64,000 bases of DNA, taken from the NCBI RefSeq assembly GCF_006345805.1, contig NC_043010.1, forward strand, positions 32,860,001 to 32,924,000. Direction: 5' to 3'. A model generated the notes under the pieces. It searched no databases, was not told the origin of the DNA, and saw only the letters and a list, made by a program, of their open reading frames with translations. Position numbers and translations under genes: made by a program. Source of the DNA: Octopus sinensis. Its lineage: Eukaryota. Positions 12,721-25,760 of the stretch are shown in pieces (position 1 is the stretch's first letter; each line of letters starts with the position of its first letter).

Positions 12721-12969
12721 TATATATGAAGTATATTTACCACTTTAATGTGGCTAACTCTTAAGGGTTAAGCTACAGTAGCATCCACCTTTAAGGGTTA
12801 GCCACATTTAAGTGACAAATATACTTTACGATGCTATGCAGCTACTGTTATACCTCGCTCAGAGATTAATATTGCTTATATATATATATATATATATACT
12901 ATATATATATATATATATTATATATTCTTTTATTCTTTACTTGTTTCAGTCATTTGACTCGTATATATA

Positions 12970-14234
12970 CGAGGGACGTTCAATAAGTAATGCCCCTGAC
13001 CCACTTGCAGTTGTTTGATCTAGCTGAAATTTTGCATGTGCAATTATTTATATCTCTATAGATTAAGTGGCAAATTACAGCTAATTGTGGTTTCTGATTT
13101 ACAGGTGTTTGAACTGAGTCAAGTGTGAAATGGAGCCTGTTGAGTGTCGAGCAGTGATCCGGTTTTTGTATTTGAAAGGACGCACACCACGGGAGACTTT
13201 TGATGAAATCAAAGTAACTTATGGTGATGATGCCCCATCATATGACCTTGTAAAACGCTGGCATCGTGAGTTCAAACATGGTCGGAACTCTGTGGAAACA
13301 GCTCCCATATCTGGACGCCCCCCTTCTGCCATTGATGAGGCATCTGTCCGTCAAGTTGAGGCTGCCATTTTGGAAGATCGACGCATAACTATTCGCCAAA
13401 TAGCCCATGAGGTCAAGATTAGTACCGGATCTGTGGAAACTATCATTCATGACCATTTGCATATGCAAAAGGTGTCTGCCAGATGGATTCCCAGGTTGCC
13501 CACACCTTTCCAGAAGCAAGAACGCGTCGAGTGCTCGAGGGTGAATTTGGAGATGTGTCAAGAAGATGAGTCAAAATTTTTCAAAAGACTGATTACACAG
13601 GATGAAACCTGGGTTCATCACTATGATCCAGAGACCAAAGCCCAGTCAATGCAGTGGAAATACCGTGACTCACCTCCTCCAAATAAGGCAAGGGTGCAGC
13701 CCTCCGCTGGCAAGGTCATAATCACAGTCTTCTGGGACCAGGACGGAGTAGTGATGACAGATTTCCTGGCAAAGGGTACCACAATTACAGGAGCCTATTA
13801 TGCTTCACTTTTGAGGAAATTAAGAGAAGCTATCAAAATCAAGAGGCGGGGTAAGATCAGCAAAGGCATCCTCCTCCTGCAGGACAACGCTCCGGTCCAC
13901 AACTCGCGTGTCGCCAGATCAGAAGCACAGGCGTGCGGCTATGAACTCCTGACCTTGCACCCTCTGATTTTCACATCCTCCCAGCCATGAAGTTGTTTTT
14001 GAAAGGAAAGCGTTTCTCAGATGATGCAGCCTTGATTTCTGAAGTCACGTCGTGGTTGGAGGACCAAGCTGGGGTCTTCTACAAAAACGGTCTCCAGAGC
14101 TGCATCAAACAATGGGAGAAATGCGTAACTCAGGGTGGTTCCTATGTAGAAAAAGACTCTAATAACTGTGCCAAGTTTCGTTGCTCTACTGCTATGGGAA
14201 GTGGGTCAGGGGCATTACTTATTGAACGCCCCTC

Positions 14235-14235
<1 letters not shown>
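12970..14235 (+). mobile_element. Mariner transposon, irritans-like (Himar1/Hsmar2-type), full length, one inactivating deletion
   Basis: TA-flanked ~35-40-bp TIRs (CGAGGGACGTTCAATAAGTAATGCCCCTGACCCACTT). ORF 13130-13990 has HTH, WIPRL, QDETWVHHY and QDNA. A deletion removes the PHPPYSP motif and shifts DLAPSDF out of frame; the C-terminus continues at 13987-14160. Confidence 0.95.
13130..14160 (+). pseudogene. Mariner DD34D-type transposase, frameshifted near 13950
   Basis: ORF-track proteins 13130-13990 and 13987-14349 are consecutive pieces of one transposase. Confidence 0.9.
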
Positions 14236-14274
<39 letters not shown>

Positions 14275-15249
14275 GACGGGCTTCTTTCAGTTTCCGTCTA
14301 CCAAATTCGTTGGTCTGCCCGATCTTTGGTCGGCCCGAGGCTACAGTAGAAGACATTTTCCCTAAGTTCCACACAGTGGGACTGAACCTGGAACAATGTG
14401 GTTGGGAAGCAAGCTTCTTACCACACAGCCACGCCTGCGCCTATATATAAAATAAATGGGAAAAAATGCATTGTAAATAAACAACGTCAGATAAAAAACG
14501 CATGCGTATACTGACGTTTTCCCATAGCGAATTAATGTATAACAATGCTCGATTATTAAACAAAACAGTGCAGTACGACCAGCCATATGACCACCCATTT
14601 GGTTTATTAATCTGCATAATCTTAAACTTATTTTGCCGACGATTTCTAACATTTGAATTAATTGCGCATTAAAATTATTCGAAGTGGAGAAAGATATATA
14701 ACGCCTATATCATTCGAAAGAGAAAAAAATTCTACATAAACTGTAAAAAGTAAAATTATTTTATACAGTTTTGTTTAAAATATATTAATGAAGGTATAGA
14801 ACTGTCATCAACGGCCTTAAACTTATTTTCGCCAGTGTAAATACATAAATGTAATACAGTATGTTAAGTGACGGTTTAATTCTTTATCTATTCGTTATCT
14901 ATTCGTGTTACGCAACGGCAATGAAATCAATACAGTATATATTTACTTAGTTGACGCAGATAAGGAGTGCCCATTGCTAGATAATAAGCAAAGATAGCTG
15001 CATTGACTAAAAAGCCAAACTATTTTCACCTGCTCTCTTTTGTTAAACTAAAAAGTCGTTCGGCAACTTTACCTTATGTTAATGTGTGACCTATTTCAAG
15101 TTGCTACAATAAGGCTGATGGGTGTCATACCGAAAAGATGCAACAAATTATTGCTATTGTTGTTGTTGTCTATTCCCTAGTCAACACTGGACAAGCAGAC
15201 CTGTAATCAGAGACATTCCAGTTATGACCACTCTGTTTTATCCACAGAC

Positions 15250-15437
15250 GTATTTCGTCTGCCGCTACGTTCTGAGTTCAAATTCCGCCGAGGTCGACTT
15301 TGCCTTTCATCCTTTCGGGGTCGATAAATAAAGTACCAGTTACGCACTGGGGTCGATATAATCGACTTAATCCGTTTGTCTGTCCTTGTTTCTCCTCTCT
15401 GTGTTTAGCCCCTTGTGGGTAGTAAAGAAATAGGTAT
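15250..15437 (+). mobile_element. SINE family A monomer (5'-truncated)
   Basis: Near-identical to unit 2 of the trimer at 4207-4390. Confidence 0.85.
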
Positions 15438-16373
15438 TGCACATGGAATGTTTCCCTCCGAGGCACAAGTCCGGGCAAGGTTGCTTGCGAAAGACCAGCA
15501 GTCCCTCATGCATATCACTCCTCTCCACGCCACCAAAGTTGTCCAAGGGAAAGGCACAGGCCGATGCAGTTTGGAGCCATTGACGTCGCACTTCATGTTT
15601 ATACCTAAGTGAACTGCAGCAATTTCAAGTAAAGTATCTTGCCCAAGACCACAATACACCAGCCCGGGACTCGAACTCACAACCTCACGATTATTAACCC
15701 GACGCTCTAACCACAGAGCCATACTGCACTCTACTCAGAGCCGTTCTTACGTTCTTGGTGCATATGCACAGTAAGTAGTCGCTTGGGTGTCCCAGAGGCC
15801 TAGCGGCTCCATGCTAACCTATTTATATTGTTGTTATACTTGTAAGAGATCTCTATATATTGTTTTGCCCGGGAAGTTCCTATAATTCTGTTGAAACGGC
15901 CATGGCTATATTAGTTTATATTACAAAGCCCCTTATGAAGCCAAACTTCAATGTCCCACTATACTAAATTGCATAGCAAAATACCCTACTGTGCCATACT
16001 TTTATGTTACAATATATAACAAATGCCAACAAAGAAGCTTCAGATATTACCTAATCGTCTGAAAAATATTTAATATGGTGGCACAAGAAATCCTAAATTT
16101 ACAATAAAAGAAATAACAAAGTATAAACCAAAGAAAAACAGAGGCTGGTAGACATTAGTGCAGAACATAAACCACAAAACAAACAGTAAAATGCTAAATA
16201 ACGCAATTAATTAACAACAAGAACAACCACAACAATGACGAGACCACGCCCGTTGTTATTGTAATAAATCAAGCAACATACCTAAAATTCCAACACTAAC
16301 CAAACCACACCTCATCAGACATTTCTCGAAAACCAGCCACAAAAATACACATGCACACACACACACACACACA

Positions 16374-16404
<31 letters not shown>

Positions 16405-16479
16405 CACCACACACACACACAGATGACAAGAACTCAAAAAGTAAAATGCGCACTTTCCATTAGAACCACAATTTTGAGC

Positions 16480-17790
16480 CTGTCTTTCAATCGAACACCC
16501 AGAAAATAACCGCGAGCTTTAAAACCTAAATAACTTCAAAGTCTAGCAAAATCATTAGTATACACCAAAAATGTCTAGTATATTAAAGAATCGCTGAAGT
16601 CGCTAACGTCCACAATTATTCCTAACATCACTGTCAAAATCCATACTAAAACCAAACACAATACGAGTGAAATAGCATATGTACCACATCTATACTCTCA
16701 GTATTTTTAGATAAACTAATCCTCATCACTAATCCAAACATTCCCTCTTCAAATCACAGCCCATATTCAGTCATTTACCTTCAACCCACACTGCTCACAA
16801 ACTTAACTCAAACGATACGGAATGGTTTGAACATCAAATTTTGACTCTACCGCACACACCATTCTAACAGCTGTTAACATCAGTAACGTTGAAGACATTA
16901 TTTTCTGCTATCCACTTCTAAACAAAATACTTAGCACTTTCTTACGAAATAACGCAAAATACTCTAATGAAAGCAACGTTCCAAAATTATCAAATTCCCG
17001 AATAGAATACCCCAGGAACTCGTCCTCTCAATCACTCTTTCCAGCCTACAACAAACACGATCTTCCTATCCCTTCCCAAAACGTTCACACAGCCTCATTA
17101 AATAGATGAAATTACACTCACATCCTCTCATCATTCTCTAGAAACAACAGGGCAATCTAACACCAACCCTACATCAATCACCAAGAAATTTGACTTCGCA
17201 ACAAATACACTGTCTTCTTTCTTATCAGTAACACCAGAGAGCATCAACTACAACCAACACACAACGACATAAAACGTACCAATCACACAGAAGGCAAAAC
17301 TATCAGGTGTTATATGTATAACTCTTCTACATTCACAATGCATGCAGCGCATAAACGTACTTAAAGCAATCGCAGCTCCGACACTTGGCCAACAGAAAGA
17401 AACAAAAATAGTGCAACTTGTGTCAGAGCGTGATGTATCTTTTCTGTAAAGTATAAGATTTCTGTTGATTTCTACAAAGTAATAAATTCATCCTAAATTA
17501 TACCAACCCAGGTCTCTCCACAACAAACCACAGTAAAAAATATTTAAAGAAAAAGATGCAACAGCATATGTTATACAGAACATATTTATAGAACAATTAC
17601 ACAACGAAGCAGTTTGGTAATGTTGCAGACTTCAACATTCAAAAGATCTCGTTATATGAATAACCACTTTCAAATGCCCAGGTACATATGCAACACTTAG
17701 AACAGCTAGCAGAAACCATTGCATAACAGGAAAATTGGACCACAGTGACCAGTTGTTTGACTTGTGCGTCATAAAAAACTGCTTTATCAG
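16480..17790 (+). mobile_element. Highly decayed LINE reverse transcriptase (Jockey/I-group-like)
   Basis: Motif remnants in the expected order: HTILTAVNISNVED (cf. LDISKAFD, ~16855-16895), PQELVLSITL (cf. PQGSVLSPTLF, 17010-17040), and RINVLKAIAAPTLGQQKET (17348-17405). Confidence 0.6.
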
Positions 17791-20631
17791 TGTGACTTAG
17801 TAAATAAGAGAAAAAAAAAGAGAGAGAAAGAGAAAGAGAGCGAAAGATGGGAGGATGTAGTAATTGTCTAATCCCAGGTCAGCCGCAATAAAGTAGACCT
17901 ACCAGTCACCTTTTATCTATGTTCAACAACAGCAAGAAAAACAACTGCAGATGCAGCAACAGCAGTAACAGCAACAGTAGCAACAACAACAGCAGCAGCA
18001 GCAGCAGTCTTTTGTTCAGATATTATGCATGTTTAAGAAACCATTTACCTCACCTAGAAACACTATGTGATCTTTTTCAACCTTCTAGAAATAAAATCTA
18101 AAACGCCCTTAAACCAAACCTTACGTTAAAAAAGGAAGGATACATCGAATAATGTAGTCCTAAAATAAGATGGAATGTCTTTGATCATAGACTTGGACAT
18201 TCAGAACTAGCCTAGGGCTAAACAACATATACAGTATATTAAAAATTATTGTATCATGTGACCCTAAACCTTTTATAGTATTTCTCTTTGTTTCTCCTCG
18301 TATCCCTCTTTAAATAGATAACTGTAATACACGAATCACAGTGGAAGGGGTGCCTCATGTGCAAACGAGGGTAGGCTTATGTATTAGAATGAGGAAGCTT
18401 TACAAGCAAGCAAGGGTAGCATCTTGTGTCATTGGGGGTGTCTTACATGCTAACGAGGGAGTTTGAAGAACCAAGAGGAGTAACTCCACGTGTCAAGAGG
18501 AGGATGTTTCATGAGTGAACGAGGAGCTCTACATGGTTACTCAACATGCAAAATATAACAAACGAATCTCCCTCAAATCACCCCACCTCATCTTAAAAAG
18601 CATCGGTTAATGTAGACTTCTACGTCAACCTCTAAAACGTTGATATTCTGCTTGGTCAAGAACGACCAAGAGGTAAACCACAATTCTCTTTCCCATTATT
18701 GTATTTGTTTTAATTTTGTTATTCCTTATATTTTCACTTTCTTTATTTCTTTCACTATTTCCTTCTCACCCGCCCTTGCACTACCACCTAACTTTTGGGA
18801 GTCCTTACTTCACTCAGCATGAGCCACTGCCCAAGTTTGTAGAGAAAGGATTTTAAGGAGTTTTCTCTGCGTAGGATTCAACGGCATCACCATCACTACC
18901 ATCACTATTACTATCACCACCAGGTGGTCTCCTAACAGGCTTAGGATTTCAAGAATCCTGCCAGCAGGAACTTACTTCAGGCTCAGCGGTGTCAAACATA
19001 CGACATGGAGTAATGTTTAGTCTGGTCTTGGGCTTAATTTTACAAAACTGTAAAATTTTGAAACAAAATATATATCATTCACATGCGTTCAAAATCGGGG
19101 TCAGACATCCGGTTTAACATGGGTTCCGATTCGATAAATCAACGCACCTTAGATCATTTCTTGATATTGTTTGTAATCAATGAAAAAGGTTATGAATACG
19201 TATACTACAATAAATGCCCTATTTCCTCTTTGTTTATACGCGCCGAGCCAAACAGTCGCCTTTATTTATTTATTTTGTTTTTAAAATTTACGAACGCATT
19301 CATCTGAAAAGATTCAAATTTCGTAAATCTGGCGCCTCAGATGTCTTGATACATGTGTGTGGGTGGGGGTGGATTTGTGTATACACACACACACATATGA
19401 TATCTTTTATCTTTTACTTGCTTCAGTCATTATACTGCGGCCGTGCTGGGGCACCGCCTTGAAGAATTTTTAATCGAATGAATCAACCCCAGTACTTATT
19501 TTTAAGGCTGGCAATCCTATAGGTCACTTTTTACTGCTAAGTTACGGGGTCGCAAACTAACCAACAACGGTTGTCAAGCGGTAGGGAGGACAAACATGGA
19601 CACAAACACACACGCGCGCGCGCACACAAACATACACACACATACACTTATAGTCTTGAGCAGAGAGTATAGTAGAAGATATTTGCCCAGTGTGCCATGC
19701 AGTGGCACCGAACTCGGAACCATGTGGTTGACAAGCAAACTTCTTACCACACAGCCACACTCCACAGGGTGGAGGAAATCTTGCAAAGTTTCTTCGAACC
19801 ACAGATTTGATGTTTTTCAAATTTTTGCCAGATTATTTTCAAAAAATGTATTTCTTATGACGAAAATTGCATTCACTCCAATTTAGAAACTAATAATATA
19901 GAAATTAAAAACATTTAAAGTAGTTTGATTTTAGCCAATCGATGATGTCCATTGCCAGCATATCATAGGTCGGTTGTCAGGGAAATTAGAAAAGACGAAA
20001 CCCTTACGTGGTCTCTCGACCAGCCAAAACTTAAACTATACCCTAATGTCTAAAACGGTGGTTCTCAAGCGGGGTCGAAATGGCCCTTGGGAGTCCACAT
20101 AAGATTTTACTGTTAAAATTTATGTGAAATAAATTGGTTATATCTCAACAATGCACAAAATATTTTAGGAATTGTTTTTATACAACAGGCGCAGATGTGG
20201 CTGTGTAGTAAGAAGCATGCTTCCCTACCACATGGTTCTGGGTTCAGTCCCATTGTGTGCCACCTTGGGCAAGTATCTTCTACTATAGCCTCAGGCCGAC
20301 CAAAGCCTTGTGAGTGGATTTGGTAGACGGAAATTGAAAAAAGTACGTCGTATGTGTGTGTATGTGTGTCACCATCGCTTGACAACCGATGTTGGTGTGT
20401 TTACATCCCCGTAACTTAGCGGTTCGGCATAAGATACCGATAAAATAAGTACTAGGTTTACAAAGGATACGTGCTGGGGTCGATTTGTTCAACAAGGCTG
20501 CAGTCAAATGACTGAAACAAGTAAATGAATAAAAGACAAACTAATAATATTTAATTATAAAAAATGTAATAGATACCAGCGTAGCTGTATGGTAAGATGC
20601 ATGCACACACACATATGCATGTATATATATA

Positions 20632-20644
<13 letters not shown>

Positions 20645-20669
<25 letters not shown>

Positions 20670-21681
20670 TAAAACTGAGAATGTGTGTCTGTCTGCCTGT
20701 CTGTCTATGTTTCCCTAAAACTTGAGAACTACACAACCAATTTCATTCAAATTTTACACATGCCTTACTTAGGGTCCATGTAGTTTCATGGGCAAAAAAA
20801 TGTTCAACTTCTTGTCTAGAGCGAGCCCATAGCAATATCATATCTTCTCCACTATTTCAGTATTAGGTGTTAAAAGTGAAACAAAAACATTTCTCTATTT
20901 TATGGCAGATACTTTCACTTTAACAATAAAAATAATAATAACAATTGAATTATATCTAGTAGGTAATAATTAAAATCAAACTAAAGTATAATATAATCGT
21001 AACATAACAAAAGTAAAAATAGCAACTGATATAAAATTGCATCAATGATTTGAACTTGAATAAGTGGTTTCACATGAATGGGAATAAATTAAAAATAAAA
21101 TTAGTGTGCAGAAATGGAATAGTCCAGATGGATAATAAAAAATTAAATTAAAGAAAAGACTATTGTCTATAAAGTATACAATGTAGAGAAAAAAGAAGAT
21201 TTGAACACCTGGAGGAAAGCACCTTCGAAAAGTGTCTTGGTGCGACTATGAAAGATATCTAACCAGAGGCGGTAAATTCGCCACAATAGAAGCAAGGTTC
21301 GAGTCAGCGGAGCGTGCAAGGGAGTACTCGGCTCGAACTTGCAAAGTGGAAATATTTTATTTTTACCTATATATCTGGGACGTAGGACGTCCCGGATAAA
21401 AATTTAAAATGCTCCCCCCCCCCCAGAAGTAGAGGTAGGCTGGATTGTAGCCACACTTCTATACAAGAGGGAGGACAAGATACAGTTGATCGGGCGAACA
21501 ATTCCAGTCTGTTATATATTTTGAGTATTGTTATCACTAGTGATATCAAGATATAACTTTGTATTTTGTATTTTATGTGTAGATGTATATACATAGATGT
21601 ACATGTAATATATACACATATATATACACATATATACATGCACTAGCACTATGACCCGGCAACGACGGGTCATAATGCTAG
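20645..21681 (+). mobile_element. Non-autonomous Helitron carrying a LINE ORF1 fragment
   Basis: 5' region ATATATAAAACTGAG..(TCTG)n..AACTACACAACCAATTTCATTCAAATTTT. The 3' hairpin ATGACCCG/CGGGTCAT is followed by CTAG|T at 21678-21682. Confidence 0.7.
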
Positions 21682-21712
<31 letters not shown>

Positions 21713-22155
21713 CTCTTTTCAGCCATGAAACTGCGGCCATGCTGCGAAGCACTCTAGAACCACTTTAGACTCTAAAAGAACAGATAGAACGACATATTAT
21801 ATGATGTAGTTGGGATATTGGTATTTTTCATTCATAATTAGAGAACAAATGAATTGTAATATAGTCCTAAATACACTGCGACAATAAATATATTTATTAC
21901 ATGTAATTATGAAAATAACGCTGAGCATACGTTTGTTGTTAATAATATAATGGGTTTACGATTACATACGATTCCATATAATACGATGCGTTGATACACT
22001 AATTATGAATAGGTAAAATACACAATATCCCCAACTATCTACCGCAGTTTCTCTCATGGCATCTACCGCAGTATAGTTTATTCTAACAGAACACCCACGT
22101 TTAAGTAAGGATAGATATTACCTCTTGGTATTAATATTGCCTCTTTCACACACAC

Positions 22156-22188
<33 letters not shown>

Positions 22189-23105
22189 CTAGCTGACGTA
22201 CCCGGTAATTGCCGGGAAAGCGGAGCTTATCCCTTGGTTCCGTTCTCATAATTGTTTCGCTAATCCAATAACAACAATACAAAGTATGTAGCCCTTAAAA
22301 CGGTTTTTGTGTATTTACAGAGAATACCGAAATGTCTTACATAGGATCTTGTTTTTAGGAATTCCCAATAAGTTATGAATACCCAAATTGTGAAGTCAGT
22401 TATGTAATAACATGAAATTAGTTACCTGATAATAAGAATTCAAATAAAGTAACCCCGAATGGGTTTTAATGCGTTCCTAGAGTATATAGATCACAGGAAG
22501 AAATACTAATAAGGTATGGATACTAAAATCGCGAAGCATGTTGCGTAATAACAGGCTAATCAGATATGAGATAATAACAATTCAAAGTGAATAACTCTGA
22601 AAAGGGCTGTTGTGCGTTCCCAGAGAATATTTCCCTCAGGGGTGCTAGTGTTGGTATATTTGTGAATAAGTCTAACCGAAATAAGTAGATCTATTGTTTA
22701 GGAAAATACTATTCACTTGTTTAAGGGTTGTACTGGATAAATTGCGAAAATAACTCTAACAGTTCAAATACTAAGAAATAAGCATACTCAATTTCATTTT
22801 TACCAAATAAATTAGAAAAAATGAATGGATTATTTCCCTTGGTTAAATATAAGGATTACTTCCAGCGGCAAATGGGTTATTTCCCTTGGTGTTTAAAATA
22901 AAATATATTAGATATATATAAGAATCCTTTCCAGGGGCCCTATTATCGATTTTTTTTTCAACAATTTTAGTATGGCATGACGTTTCCAGACATGAGTTCT
23001 ACTCAGGTGGCAAGCTTCATCAAAATCAATAAAACCATGTAGGAGGAGTTAGCTAACAACTCCACAAAAACATACACAGACAGAATTTCCCACATATGTT
23101 GTAGA
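22189..23105 (-). mobile_element. Non-autonomous Helitron-like element
   Basis: Minus strand A|TC 5' end at 23105. The 3' hairpin CCCGGCAATTACCGGG (22201-22216) is followed by CTAG|T at 22189. Confidence 0.7.
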
Positions 23106-25165
23106 TTATGTTCTGTAATGTATTTACTCAACTTCAAAATAGAAAAAGTTCGGCAGAAACTATTAAAGCAACTGTTAGAACATTTAAAAGAAGCGAAGAA
23201 AACACCAGAACTAGTGTATTCGCTTGACCTTTAATAACTTTAAAACACACATCATACATACGTATGATACATTCTACAAAACAATGGGAAAGCTATATTA
23301 TTTTGAGGGTGAAGATTAACGTAATATTACGACGATAACTATTTCTTTATTCAATTAACTGAATTGCTTACACATGAATTGATGTACTAGTAGCTAGGCA
23401 TTTCAAAGACACGTTTACTCTTAACGTGAGTCGCAAAGACAACCAGCATTACACAGTATGTGTGACATGGTAGTATCTTCCAAATTACGCTTACAATCCA
23501 CTTGATGATCTTTACAGTTTCCGTCAAGTCAGTTTCACTCACAAGGTATAGGACAACACGACACAATAGAAAATGGCATTTGCCCAAGATACCACGCAGT
23601 GGGATCGAACCCAAGACCTCGAGGTTGCGAAGTAGATTTCTTAGACATTTTGTCGTACTGCAACTACGATTCTGACAATATACACACCACATACGCGCTC
23701 TCGCGCTCACACGTGCACATACTTGCGCGCGCGCACGCACACATACACTCACGTATTTGTTATCCCATTTCAATGAATAAACATTTTAATGTAATTTACG
23801 TTTTTTTTTCATAATATTGGTTTCAAACTTTGGCATAAAGCCAGAGACTTCTGAGGAGGGGTAAGTCAATTACATCGACGCCAGTGCTCAAGTGGTACTT
23901 ATTTTATCAACCCCGAAAGAAATAAAAAGGGAAGTCAATCTCGGCGGAATTTGAACCCAGAACGTAAAGACGAACGTTCCGAATTCAAATTCCCGACTCA
24001 TTTCTATCTGCTCCCGGCGCATTAGTTTCCCCTCCCATCTTCAATCATATTCTATTCTTCCGCCTCCTTATCCACTACATCCACTCCATATTTGCCAGAA
24101 TATTGCCGACCACCAAAAATTACTCACTTTATGAATATGCTCTTAAATATGAATAAACAACTTAAGAACTATTGTTATATTTCGGGATGGTCATCACTCA
24201 TTTGTGGCCTCCTCGGCGACTCTTCCATCCACGTGTTTCCTCCCTAGTTGCGGAGTAAATTTCTTAGCCATTTGGTCATACTGCAGCTACCATTCTGACA
24301 ATATACACAGGAGGAAACACGTGGATGGGAGAGTTTCTGAAGAGGTTGCAGATGTGTGACGAAAGATTTCCTGACAATGGACATAAGATAAAATATGAAC
24401 AATAATAAACGAGTGAAGAACGAATAAATAGTGCGTGTGTTTATTTGGTAAGACAAAAAATGACTATCCCGAAATATAGCAACATGTTTCAGCACTCGAT
24501 TTCACATCAACAATCTTGCAAAATAAATTTATAAATGTATTAAGAACTATTTTCTGGGAATATCCTTATTTTCTGGGCATCTGCTTCGTTTTTCGTTTTA
24601 TTTTCAAAATACTGTATTAATTTGCAGGCGTGGCTGTTTAGCAAGAAGCTTGATCCTCAACTACATGGTTCCGGGTTCAGTCCCACTGCATGGCGCCTTA
24701 GGCAAGTGTCTTCAACTACAGGCTCAGTTCTACAATAGCTTTGTAGACGGAAAATAAAAGAAGCCCGTCATATATATATGTGTGCGAGTGGGGATGTGTG
24801 CGTGTGGGGGTGCGTGTGTTTGTGTGTTTGTGAGTGTGCGCGCGCGCGTATCTGTGTTTAGGTTCGTCTCACCACTAGATAATGTGAGTGTATAGGGACA
24901 AAATTATTTAGATGGATCCCGTGGTAGCTTTCAGGTATATACCAGGTTACGGAAAACCGCATCAAGTTGTAATGAGCATCAATGATCGCTTAGTATTAGC
25001 AATCCCACTGTAATTCTTTTGATAGGTAACTCCGAGGTTGCTTCCATGGATTAAGAATATTATCAGGAGTGTAGATCTCAGACAATTATAATGAATACGG
25101 GGATATGTACATGAACAATTTTTTTCTTTTTATTTTACAGTTGGTCATATAGCATAATTATTTGG

Positions 25166-25225
<60 letters not shown>

Positions 25226-25469
25226 ACACATACACACACATGCATATACACATGTATATATATATATATACATATATATCTTTTATCTTTTACTTGTTTC
25301 AGTCATTAGACTGCAGCCATGCTGGGGCACCGCTTGAAATATATAATTATTACTATAAGAAAAAGGAGAAAAATATTGTGAATACTTATTTTATTTGTAT
25401 CACAACATGAACATAGCAAATAGTTTAATACAAATAAAATTTAAATGAACATACATTCTAAAAAGGAGC

Positions 25470-25760
25470 ACTCCGTTGGTTACTACGACGAGGGTCGCAG
25501 CTGATAGGATCAACGGAACAGCTTGCTTGTGAAATTAACGTACAAGTGAGTGAGCAATCCACAGACACGTGTACCCTTTCTCAGGGAAATTCAGCGTGAC
25601 ACAGTGTGACAAGGCTGGCCCTTTGAAATACAGGTACAACTCATTTTTGCCAGCTGATTGGACTGGAGCAACGTGAAATAAAGTGTCTTGCTCAAGGACA
25701 CAACTCACGACCGTAAGATCGTGAGCCGAATGCCCTAACCACTAAGCCATGCGCCTTCAC
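25470..25760 (-). mobile_element. tRNA/CORE-type SINE, third family
   Basis: On the minus strand: GGCGCATGGCTTAGTGGTTAGGGCATTCGGCTCACGAT head and GTCCTTGAGCAAGACACTTTA core. Confidence 0.65.

Noticed and set aside
12750-12812. ~60-bp hairpin AATGTGGCTAAC..GTTAGCCACATT
   Set aside because: Too short to assign; probably a MITE remnant.
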